Below are positions 55,965-64,000 of a stretch of DNA of 64,000 nucleotides, piece after piece (positions within the stretch are counted from its first letter, which is position 1; the number at the start of each line of letters is the position of its first letter). Origin of the DNA: Alphaproteobacteria bacterium (GTDB lineage: Bacteria > Pseudomonadota > Alphaproteobacteria > Rickettsiales > SXRF01). The translations under genes were made by a program, and so were the position numbers. Below the pieces are notes generated by a model. That model saw only the letters and a program-made list of their open reading frames with translations, made no database searches and was not told the origin of the DNA. The stretch is from positions 2,193 to 66,192 of the forward strand of contig JANYBV010000040.1 of assembly GCA_025360605.1 (NCBI GenBank), in the 5' to 3' direction.

Positions 55965-56750
55965 TTATACGCTCTGGCTGAGGGATTGCAGCATCTGGTC
56001 GGTTTTGGTGATGACTTTACTATTCATTTCATAAACGCGCTGTGCCTTGATCAGGTTGGTTAGCTCGGTCACAGGGTTGACGTTGGATGTTTCAAGAAAA
56101 CCCTGAAGGATGGTTCCGAAACCATCTAACCCCGGAGTGCCGGTAACGGCGGCACCTGATGCGGCGGTTTCTGTATATGAATTGTTACCTATGGCCTGTA
56201 ATCCCGCTTCGTTGATAAAATTCGACGTCACCAGCTGCGTAATCAACTGGGCGGTGGTTTGCCCGGGGATAGTTGCGCTCACGTCACCGGACTGGTCAAT
56301 GCTGATGCTGGTGGCGTTAGCAGGAATGGTGACGGTTGGAACTAACGGGTAACCATCACTGGTGACGAGTGTTCCGTCGGCTGAAACTTGAAACCCGCCT
56401 GCGCGCGTGTATGCCAGCTGGCCTGTTGGCAGCGTAATCTGGAAGAAGCCGCGCCCCTGAATGGCCATATCAAGTGGGGCAGAGGTTTGTGTTAGCGTAC
56501 CCTGCGTGGTGTTTCGGTCGATGGCGGTAAGCCTTACCCCCAAACCGATCTGGATACCAGTAGGCACTAATGTTCCGTTATCGGAGGAATTGGAACCGGC
56601 GGCACGTTGATTCTGGTACAATAAATCCGCAAATTCAGGTCGCTGCAGCTTGTATGCAGTTGTATTAATGTTGGCAAGGTTCTGTGAGGTTACATCTACG
56701 TACAACTGCTGCGCTTGCATGCCTGTTGCGGCGATATCCAGTGATCTCAT
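55965..56750 (-). CDS. flgG: flagellar distal rod protein
   Basis: MRSLDIAATGMQAQQLYVDVTSQNLANINTTAYK at the N-terminus and ...GFLETSNVNPVTELTNLIKAQRVYE at the C-terminus. Confidence 0.9.
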   Translation of the reverse strand: MRSLDIAATGMQAQQLYVDVTSQNLANINTTAYKLQRPEFADLLYQNQRAAGSNSSDNGTLVPTGIQIGLGVRLTAIDRNTTQGTLTQTSAPLDMAIQGRGFFQITLPTGQLAYTRAGGFQVSADGTLVTSDGYPLVPTVTIPANATSISIDQSGDVSATIPGQTTAQLITQLVTSNFINEAGLQAIGNNSYTETAASGAAVTGTPGLDGFGTILQGFLETSNVNPVTELTNLIKAQRVYEMNSKVITKTDQMLQSLSQSV

Positions 56751-56781
56751 GGGATGAACCTCCTAGTTACCAAGCTTTTCA

Positions 56782-57510
56782 TCATGACTGTTGCGCCCAT
56801 GTGTTGGACGTTTTGCGTTCAAGGTCGTAGACAAGTTCAATGAACTTGGCGGTGTCAGCGACGGTGTGTGTAAGCGTGATCATGTGTGTTAATTCGGTGA
56901 CGGGTTGTACATTGGCGCTTTCGAGCGAACCCTGTGCGATACGAAAATTCTCTGCCTGTTGAGGTGCAACTTCGCTTTTAAACAAAGTGCCGCTGAGGCG
57001 TTCCATGAGTTGTGGATTATCAAATTGTACCACGCCAATGGCGCCAAAATCTTCACCATTCACTTTAATATTTCCTGCTTCACCAATTTGTACGCTGGTG
57101 ACGTTTTCCGGAAAGTTAACGTGCTGGCCGGAAGAATCCATTACAGGGTAGCCATCGGCATTAACCAATGTACCCGAACCATCAATCTGAAAATTACCAG
57201 CGCGTGTATAACGATCCCCCAGCGGGGTATCGACCGTGAAATAGCCATTCCCCTGAATGGCCACATCCAGATCGTTTCCGGTTGTGCGGATAGGCCCATT
57301 TTCGGTGTTTCGGTAAGTGGATGCGTTATAAGCAAAATTTACTTTATTTGGCTGGCCTTGGTTAATATCTTTTTGTACAAAAGTATTAAACATTATGTGT
57401 TCGGCGTTAAATCCGGTAGTATTAGCGTTGGCAACGTTATTGGCAGCGACGTCCATATCACGGAACAGAGATAGTTCTCTGGAGAGTGTTACATATATGC
57501 TGTTATCCAT
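56782..57510 (-). CDS. flgF: flagellar proximal rod protein
   Basis: MDNSIYVTLSRELSLFRDMDVAANNVANANTTGF at the N-terminus and ...LESANVQPVTELTHMI at the C-terminus. ATG at 57510. Confidence 0.85.
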   Translation of the reverse strand: MDNSIYVTLSRELSLFRDMDVAANNVANANTTGFNAEHIMFNTFVQKDINQGQPNKVNFAYNASTYRNTENGPIRTTGNDLDVAIQGNGYFTVDTPLGDRYTRAGNFQIDGSGTLVNADGYPVMDSSGQHVNFPENVTSVQIGEAGNIKVNGEDFGAIGVVQFDNPQLMERLSGTLFKSEVAPQQAENFRIAQGSLESANVQPVTELTHMITLTHTVADTAKFIELVYDLERKTSNTWAQQS

Positions 57511-57724
57511 ACGAATCCCACAATGGCGTTTAGTTAGCATGTATGTAAGCACAAACTATGCCAATGTGGGGGGGTGACGCCAATCGTCTTGAGTGTGCGC
57601 TCTTTGGCGTAGTCTCGTATAAGCAACACTTGGTTACTAATTGTAACTAATCTTTTTCAATCGCTTGAATAAGTTTGATAACGACTCTATAACTTTTCGG
57701 TCAGTTTAACATTGGGGTTTGGGT

Positions 57725-58294
57725 ATGGCACAGACAAAAATCAAAGAAAAAGAAGAAGATCTGGATGAAAAAGACCCAGCTCAGGATGAAGGCGAAGAGG
57801 GCGGAGAGTCTGGAGAAGCCCAAGATGGCAAATCCGGTAAAAAATCTAAAAAGAAAATTATTATTTTTGGTGCATTAGCCTTGGTTCTGCTGTTAGGCGG
57901 GGCTGGCGGCGCTTACTATATGGGATTTTTTAGCAAACACGAAGAACACGCATCTGTGGATGTTGGCTCTGACGGAAAACCTATCGAAAAGCCGGTGTTC
58001 TATACACTACCTGAATTTCTGGTCAATCTTAACACGGGCGGCAAACAGTCCAGCTTTCTTAAGGCAACTGTGATTCTTGACCTTCCTCATCAGGGGGATG
58101 TCGCTCAGATTGAAGCAAACCTGCCAAGGTTATTGGATACATTAAATACCTACCTCAGGGAGTTGCGCCCGAGCGATCTGGCTGGTTCTGCGGGTATTCA
58201 GCGTTTGCGTGAAGAGCTGTTGTTAAGGGCCAACAAATCTCTGGCTCCTATTAAAATTAACGACATCTTGTTCAAAGAAATCATCGTTCAGTAA
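57725..58294 (+). CDS. fliL: flagellar basal-body-associated protein FliL
   Basis: Charged N-terminus, one TM segment, then FYTLPEFLVNL...FLKATVILD...LR as in FliL. Lies upstream of fliM. Confidence 0.8.
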   Translation: MAQTKIKEKEEDLDEKDPAQDEGEEGGESGEAQDGKSGKKSKKKIIIFGALALVLLLGGAGGAYYMGFFSKHEEHASVDVGSDGKPIEKPVFYTLPEFLVNLNTGGKQSSFLKATVILDLPHQGDVAQIEANLPRLLDTLNTYLRELRPSDLAGSAGIQRLREELLLRANKSLAPIKINDILFKEIIVQ

Positions 58295-58402
58295 ATACAT
58301 TTCCTGATACTTAATTTTCGACTTGGCATGACTCTTGCCGCTTGCTAGTTGTAACTGAATGTAAATAATGGTATAAGTTGTTGAACTCGTTAGGGCAATT
58401 CT

Positions 58403-59503
58403 ATGGCAGAAACTGAAGCCAAAATTGATGACGCTGCCGCTGCTGACGAATGGGCGGCCTCACTTGAAAAAGAAGAACAGGCCCAAGCTGCGGGTGCTGA
58501 TAATTCGGCTGCGGGTGAAGCTGAGCAGCGAATCCTCAATCAGGATGAAATCGATACCCTTCTTGGATTTGATGTAAAGAAAGAAGGTGGGGTTCATGGG
58601 GGACGAAATGATGGCATTTTTGCCATCATGGACAAGTCCATGACTGCCTATGAAAAGCTTCCGATGCTGGAAGTCGTTTTCGACAGGATGGTGCGCCAGC
58701 TCTCAACGGCACTGCGCAATTTCACTTCGGAAAACGTCGATGTTAGCCTTGATTCCATGGTGAGTATCCGCTTCGAGGATTACCTGAACTCGATTCCGCT
58801 ACCGGCGTTGCTTGTGGTATTTCGCGCGGTGGAGTGGGAAAATTTTGGTTTGGTGACAGTGGATAGCTCGCAGATTTATTCCATGGTGGATATTTTGCTG
58901 GGTGGGCGTAAAACCAGCAAGCCATTGCGTGTAGAAGGACGTCCTTACACCACGATTGAGCAGGATATTGTTAAGCGCATGGTGGATATTGTGCTGTCTG
59001 AAATGAGCAGCGCGTTTGAGCCGTTGTCGCCGGCTTCGTTCCACTTTGACCGCCTTGAAAGCAATCCGCGTTTCGCCACCATTACGCGTCCGGGTAACCC
59101 CGCGCTTTTGGTACGTTTCCGCATTGATATGGTGGAAGACAGAGGCGGAATGTTAGAAGTGTTATTGCCACATACGACACTTGAACCCATCCGTGATCTG
59201 CTTCTGCAGATGTTCATGGGAGAAAATTTTGGGCAGGACACCGTCTGGGAAAAGCATTTAGGCAAAGAATTGCGCAATACCATCGTGGAAATTGAAGCGG
59301 TGCTTGATGAGAAAAGCGTCACCCTGAAGGATGTTATGTCATTGAAAGTGGGAAGCACACTTTTAATGGATTGCACGCCTGAAGATCCGGTAACGTTGCG
59401 TTGTGGTGGTATACCTGTTACAACAGGTATACTAGGTAGAATCGGGGACAATATTGCTATTTCAGTGCAGGATTCAATTAAACGCAAACTGAGAGAGACA
59501 TAG
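58403..59503 (+). CDS. fliM: flagellar motor switch protein FliM
   Basis: LNQDEIDTLLGF N-terminal motif, a central FliM domain and a C-terminal SpoA-like segment (LKVGSTLLMD...). Confidence 0.85.
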   Translation: MAETEAKIDDAAAADEWAASLEKEEQAQAAGADNSAAGEAEQRILNQDEIDTLLGFDVKKEGGVHGGRNDGIFAIMDKSMTAYEKLPMLEVVFDRMVRQLSTALRNFTSENVDVSLDSMVSIRFEDYLNSIPLPALLVVFRAVEWENFGLVTVDSSQIYSMVDILLGGRKTSKPLRVEGRPYTTIEQDIVKRMVDIVLSEMSSAFEPLSPASFHFDRLESNPRFATITRPGNPALLVRFRIDMVEDRGGMLEVLLPHTTLEPIRDLLLQMFMGENFGQDTVWEKHLGKELRNTIVEIEAVLDEKSVTLKDVMSLKVGSTLLMDCTPEDPVTLRCGGIPVTTGILGRIGDNIAISVQDSIKRKLRET

Positions 59504-59507
59504 TCAG

Positions 59508-60122
59508 GTGTTTGGAGTCATCGCAAATCTTGTGCTGAATATCATGATTGTCGTTTTGCTGGCAGCTACCATTGCGTACTGCTGGCTGCTTAACCGCCGC
59601 ATTAAAATACTCCAAGATAGCCGCGGTGAACTCGCCATTTTGCTTAAACATTTTGATGAATCCACGCAACGTGCAGCAGAAAGCATTGTTGCCCTGCAAA
59701 CTGCCAGCAAAAAAATTGGCGAGAATATCCAGTTCCGGATTGATAAAGCGAACTACCTGATCGAAGATCTCTCATTCATGATCGATAAAGGAAACAAGTT
59801 AGCGAACCAGATGGAAGCGGGATTTGCCGTCAACCGTGCGCGCGACCGTGTGTTGTCCGAAGATAAACCGGCTCCAAGTGCGCCTGTACAACAGCATTTT
59901 GAACCTGTTCAGGCCGTGTCTTCGTTTCAGGACAGGATGCAAAATTTCCGCGATAAAACCTCTGCCTCACTTGAATCCGTGATCGAAAAAGTGGTGGTGC
60001 GGAAAAAAGCGGAAGAGGCGCTTCCGGAAAGGCAGCAAGACACTAAAGCGCAGGCAAAACGTAACAGGTCTAGGTCAGAACAGGAATTGCTTGATCTAAT
60101 TAAAGCAGGAATTAAAGGTTAG
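59508..60122 (+). CDS. single-pass membrane protein of the flagellar operon (unknown function)
   Basis: GTG start 4 nt after the fliM stop. N-terminal TM segment and a helical cytoplasmic part. Located between fliM and motE. Confidence 0.5.
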   Translation: MFGVIANLVLNIMIVVLLAATIAYCWLLNRRIKILQDSRGELAILLKHFDESTQRAAESIVALQTASKKIGENIQFRIDKANYLIEDLSFMIDKGNKLANQMEAGFAVNRARDRVLSEDKPAPSAPVQQHFEPVQAVSSFQDRMQNFRDKTSASLESVIEKVVVRKKAEEALPERQQDTKAQAKRNRSRSEQELLDLIKAGIKG

Positions 60123-60124
60123 CT

Positions 60125-60835
60125 GTGTTTCGTATCCGCCTTATCCCCTCGCTCATCGTGATTGCCGTACTGTTGATGTGCGTAAAAATTTCCGATGTGA
60201 TGCACGAAACCGAAGCGTTGGCGGAACAGGCCGCTGCGCCTTCCGAAGTTAAAAGCGTCCCCACTGCTGATGCCGCCAGTGCCGAAAAACCCAAAGTCCC
60301 TGCCTCGGGTGAAGGTGAAAAAGGCGAGAAAAAAGCCGAAAAAACCAAAAACCCCCTAGTGTCCGATGTGGCGGGGGATACGGTGGATCACCGTTTTACG
60401 CCTGTAGAGGTTGAATTGCTGCAAAATCTTGTTAAAAGAAGGGAAGAATTGGATCGCTGGGAGAAGAATATTGAAATCAAGGAAACGGCACTGGATGCCA
60501 CCGAAAAACGCCTTGATGACAAAATTGCCCAGATTGATGCGATGAAAAAGGAAGTGTCGTCACTTCTTGCCCAGTATAACGATAAGGAAGATCAGAAAAT
60601 CAGAAGTCTGGTGAAGATCTACGAAAATATGAAAGCCAAGGATGCAGCGCGTATCTTTGATGAAGTGGAAATGCCCGTGTTGCTGCTAGTGATTGATAAA
60701 ATGTCGGAAAAGAAAATTGCCCCTATCCTCGCGGATATGGATCCCAAAAAAGCAAAGCAGATCACCATTCAGCTTGCCGAACAGCGCCGCGTCGGCAGCG
60801 TCAAACCAACCCCACCATCGTCCATTACTAAATAA
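60125..60835 (+). CDS. motE: MotE-family flagellar motility protein (MgtE_N-like domain)
   Basis: GTG start, a TM/signal segment and a coiled coil. KIYENMKAKDAARIFDEVEMPVLLLVIDKMSEKKIAPILADMDPKKA is typical of MotE. Confidence 0.7.
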   Translation: MFRIRLIPSLIVIAVLLMCVKISDVMHETEALAEQAAAPSEVKSVPTADAASAEKPKVPASGEGEKGEKKAEKTKNPLVSDVAGDTVDHRFTPVEVELLQNLVKRREELDRWEKNIEIKETALDATEKRLDDKIAQIDAMKKEVSSLLAQYNDKEDQKIRSLVKIYENMKAKDAARIFDEVEMPVLLLVIDKMSEKKIAPILADMDPKKAKQITIQLAEQRRVGSVKPTPPSSITK

Positions 60836-60843
60836 GGTTTTTT

Positions 60844-62253
60844 ATGCCCAAAGAACTTACCAAAGCCGTTTCTTTCCCTTATCAGATCGATCACTCGATT
60901 TTTCGTGAGTACGATATCAGGGGTATTGTCGGGCAGACATTGCATACGCAGGATGCCTATCTCATCGCGCGTGCCTTCGCTACTAAAGTTGCCGTTGCAC
61001 AACCGGGGGGATTTATTTGCGTTGGCTATGATGGCCGCCTGACATCACCGGAGATGAAAGAGGCCGTGTGTAACGGGATTATGGATGCAGGCGTAAACGT
61101 GGTTGATGTCGGCCTTGGGCCAACACCCATGTTGTATTTCGCATCGTACACACTCAAAGCCGCTGGTGCGATTATGATAACCGGTTCGCACAATCCGCCC
61201 GATCACAATGGCTTCAAATTTGTGTTTTTGGGCGCGCCCTTTTTCGGCAAGGATATTCAATCGTTGTGTGCGATAGCGGAAGCTGGAGATTTCACGGAAG
61301 GTAAGGGTGGCCTTGAGTTTCATGACCTGCGGGAAACCTATATCAATACGCTGGTTGATGCCTATGACGGCACACGTCCGCTCAACGTGGCGTGGGATGC
61401 AGGAAACGGCGCAACCGGAGAAATAATGACCGCTGTATGCGACCGTTTGCCGGGGATGCACGCCTTACTGAACGCCAAAATTGACGGTACGTTTCCGGCA
61501 CATCACCCTGATCCGACCGTGCCTGAAAATTTGGAACAGCTCATTGGTACCGTGCAAAAAACAGGTTTGGATGCGGGTATTGCCTTTGACGGCGATGGCG
61601 ATCGCGTCGGTGTTGTCGACGATGAAGGTGAAATTTTGTGGGGCGACCAGCTGCTGATGCTATACGGCGCGGACGTGCTGAGAGAAAAGCCGGGGGCAAC
61701 AATTATTGCCGATGTGAAGGCCAGCGGTGCGTTGTTTGAAGAAATCGCACGTCTGGGCGGCCAGCCACTGATGTGGAAAACCGGACACTCGCTCATCAAA
61801 TCCAAAATGGCAGAAACCGGCGCTCCGTTGGCAGGCGAAATGAGTGGGCATATGTTCTTTGCCGATAAATACTACGGTTATGATGACGGGCTGTATGCGG
61901 CTGTGCGCCTGCTTGGCCTGCTTTCCCGCTCGGGACAAAAACTATCTGATTTGCGAAAAGCACTGCCCGCACGCGTCAGCACTCCGGAAATCCGCTTCCC
62001 GTGTGATGAGGAACGTAAATTCGTGGTGATTGAGGAAGTCAGGGAGCGCCTGCTCAAAGACGGCATCGCATTCATCGATATCGATGGCTTGCGGGTTAAC
62101 ACAGAGGATGGGTGGTGGCTGGTTCGCGCCTCAAACACGCAGTCGGTGCTGGTGGCTCGCTGTGAGTCAACGGACAAGGCGGGTCTTGAACGGCTCAAGA
62201 GCGATATGCGTGTGCAACTGGTGCTGAGCGGCATTTACCCACCGCAACAATAG
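60844..62253 (+). CDS. phosphomannomutase/phosphoglucomutase
   Basis: Active-site loop TGSHNPPDHNGFK, metal loop FDGDGDR and GEMSGH motifs, 469 aa. Confidence 0.85.
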   Translation: MPKELTKAVSFPYQIDHSIFREYDIRGIVGQTLHTQDAYLIARAFATKVAVAQPGGFICVGYDGRLTSPEMKEAVCNGIMDAGVNVVDVGLGPTPMLYFASYTLKAAGAIMITGSHNPPDHNGFKFVFLGAPFFGKDIQSLCAIAEAGDFTEGKGGLEFHDLRETYINTLVDAYDGTRPLNVAWDAGNGATGEIMTAVCDRLPGMHALLNAKIDGTFPAHHPDPTVPENLEQLIGTVQKTGLDAGIAFDGDGDRVGVVDDEGEILWGDQLLMLYGADVLREKPGATIIADVKASGALFEEIARLGGQPLMWKTGHSLIKSKMAETGAPLAGEMSGHMFFADKYYGYDDGLYAAVRLLGLLSRSGQKLSDLRKALPARVSTPEIRFPCDEERKFVVIEEVRERLLKDGIAFIDIDGLRVNTEDGWWLVRASNTQSVLVARCESTDKAGLERLKSDMRVQLVLSGIYPPQQ

Positions 62254-62364
62254 TCATATATACCATATGGTTAATTATTTTTGTCGTGCGTTGACATAAA
62301 TAATTCATTATCCGGCGGCGTTAGAAATGCTATACTAATCAGGTGCTAAAGATTAGGGCTGGTC

Positions 62365-62787
62365 ATGGTAACAGACAATAAAAATAATCAGGTAGTTGGG
62401 CGTTCTGGCGCAAAGTCTGCGGGTGGTGCAAAGCAAGCCGTTGCACCACAAGAGCCGAGCGGTCTTGTCAAGTTTGGCGGTAGTGCTGCGAAAACGGTGA
62501 ACGGTATCGTTGATACCGCTGCGGAAGCCATTTTCAATCCCGTTAGTTTAGTTAAGCCTTTAGATGATGCGCTGCCACCGTGGCCGAGTATCGAAGTGAC
62601 TGAAAAAGTAATTTCCGGCTCCGCATTTTCGTTGCTTGAAACCGGCTGGGATAAGGCGGTTGAGACGGCACAGGGGCTATTTAAGAAAAAAGAAAAAACA
62701 GATACAGCACTTGCTAGCGCTGATCGCATGGGCGGTAATGCAAAATTGCCCAATTTAAAAGACCCCAATAGCACTTCCATAGGCTAA
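62365..62787 (+). CDS. hypothetical protein
   Basis: 140-aa ORF, G/A/K-rich. No family recognised. Confidence 0.4.
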   Translation: MVTDNKNNQVVGRSGAKSAGGAKQAVAPQEPSGLVKFGGSAAKTVNGIVDTAAEAIFNPVSLVKPLDDALPPWPSIEVTEKVISGSAFSLLETGWDKAVETAQGLFKKKEKTDTALASADRMGGNAKLPNLKDPNSTSIG

Positions 62788-63311
62788 CTGGGATTATTCC
62801 AGAGACTCCTTAGCATATCCAGCCCATCACATAATGTGCCTACGTTGCCTGTGGCTTTGCGATGTTCCCTCAGACGTGAAGGTACGGATAAGAACGGCGG
62901 ACGCTCGTTGTATATGCAAATATTCATCAGCATGATAGCATACCCACTCTGGGTAAGTTTTTTAACCGCTTCGCTGTATTCGCTTTCGCGTTCACTTCTC
63001 CATTTAGGATCATCGGTTTTTATGTCCATGCCCTTGGTATGGGTGGGGTCAATCGAGCGGACACCGGGCGCGCCATAACGCAGTGTATACAACCAGCGTA
63101 AATGGATGCCGCACCAGTGCTGCTGGGGGGTGATCAGCCCGCGTTCAAGGCACAGATCCAGTGTTTCAGTGGTTTCCCCCCGCAGTCTTTTTTGCGCCAG
63201 TTCGGGCGTTCCCCTGTCAATTCCGTGATGCACCGATTTCGGCCTTCCACGCCTGCGCGGAAAGTGAAGGATGATGGCTCCTTTAAGTGATTCGCTATTA
63301 CTTGTTTTCAT
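62784..63311 (-). CDS. hypothetical protein (phage/plasmid-like basic N-terminus)
   Basis: 175 aa from the ATG at 63311. Contains RRRGRPKS. No family recognised. Confidence 0.45.
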   Translation of the reverse strand: MKTSNSESLKGAIILHFPRRRGRPKSVHHGIDRGTPELAQKRLRGETTETLDLCLERGLITPQQHWCGIHLRWLYTLRYGAPGVRSIDPTHTKGMDIKTDDPKWRSERESEYSEAVKKLTQSGYAIMLMNICIYNERPPFLSVPSRLREHRKATGNVGTLCDGLDMLRSLWNNPS

Positions 63312-63336
63312 ATGTTTTCCTACAATAAAGATGATG

Positions 63337-63816
63337 TTAAACGCCCCATGGGCCTGCAACGACAGTCTCGGAAACCGAAGTCACGGCAGGCTCATCCTGA
63401 GGCGCGGTATGCTGTTTCCGGTAAGCTTTGCGCTCCAGATAGCGTTTGCCCTTACCTGCATCCGCGCGCCAGTTATGCGGATTGGCGATGGAGCGCTTGG
63501 CTTTTTTCCTGACATAGTCAGGGTCCATTCCGGCAAAGTGGCAGACGGTGATAAAATTGCGGCTATTGCCTGTGAGCCAGTTGATAGCCTCGTTCTTGTG
63601 ATATCTGGCTTCACTGTTGGTGGCTTTGCTGAGTGCGTCCATCATCGCTTGGGTGATAACGGCCGCCCATAGGGCGCTTTCACCGCGCACCGCGTGATTG
63701 CCATCATTGCACCATTCATAGGTTCTGGTTTTGATTCGTTGCTTGGATTTGGGCTTTATTGGTTCAATCGTTACAGAGGTAGTGATCGTGTGCTCGATTA
63801 GTGTTTCGCCTGTCAT
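63337..63816 (-). CDS. hypothetical protein (phage-like)
   Basis: 159-aa ORF directly upstream of the previous gene (25-nt gap). Preceded by very AT-rich non-coding DNA. Confidence 0.45.
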   Translation of the reverse strand: MTGETLIEHTITTSVTIEPIKPKSKQRIKTRTYEWCNDGNHAVRGESALWAAVITQAMMDALSKATNSEARYHKNEAINWLTGNSRNFITVCHFAGMDPDYVRKKAKRSIANPHNWRADAGKGKRYLERKAYRKQHTAPQDEPAVTSVSETVVAGPWGV

Positions 63817-64000
63817 ATCGAAATCCTCTCTGTCTTATTTTGAATCAGTAATGCTAGGAATAAATCAAAAATAATGGATGTGTCATGTAAAAAACAAGAT
63901 ATATCCAAATAAAATACATTGGAAGGATATATTTAAATAAAAAATACAACCATAGATATGTATATTTTAACTTTTATATTTTTATCACGAGAGAATGGGA

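Noticed and set aside
56905-57474. 189-aa plus-strand ORF inside flgF. Similar cases are 58945-59487 inside fliM, 10435-11049 inside the GH16 gene and 38204-38662 inside the zinc-ribbon gene.
   Set aside because: The opposite-strand genes have strong family signatures. These ORFs have none, and they overlap the real genes completely.

Overview
This 64-kb window reads like a chromosome segment from a flagellated alphaproteobacterium. The taxon call is an inference from flgF-flgG-flgA-flgH facing fliL-fliM-motE, a FYDLN_acid protein, rph-rdgB, grpE and exo-type EPS genes. There are four blocks. (1) 1.5-23.9 kb is a Wzx/Wzy-type exopolysaccharide cluster. Its core is collinear with the Sinorhizobium succinoglycan genes exoH-K-L-A-M-O, followed by polymerase, flippase, GT2 and pyruvyl transferase. 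It is joined to a split chain-length-determinant/kinase pair, a short OPX plus adjacent beta-barrel, an ExeA-like ATPase, a long priming transferase, galE, pgi and a second acyltransferase. (2) 24.0-42.4 kb is accessory DNA. It holds a tightly coupled six-gene synthase-type EPS operon: GT2 with QxxRW, a membrane protein with two bactofilin-like beta-helix modules, a periplasmic protein, WecB, a YaiO-like barrel and a polytopic protein. Two single-gene patches with deviant C/G-ending codon usage bracket that operon. One encodes a secreted 190-aa protein. The other encodes a Planctomycetes-type DUF1559 pseudopilin-like protein. The block continues with several orphan ORFs and an in-frame-deleted ompW remnant. 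It ends with a ~4.6-kb decayed integrative island at tRNA-Ser(GCU), which carries a truncated integrase, an intact but orphan HsdR and a zinc-ribbon/HRDC-like protein. (3) 42.5-62.3 kb is core DNA: redoxin/DsbD/YceI, FMN reductase, rdgB, rph, plsC, DUF218, ftsX, grpE, phasin, a D-Ala-D-Ala carboxypeptidase, flagellar genes and phosphomannomutase. (4) 62.3-64.0 kb has phage-like orphan ORFs and an AT-rich end. I saw no rRNA, CRISPR array or transposase. All family calls come from motif reading and recalled gene order, not from searches.
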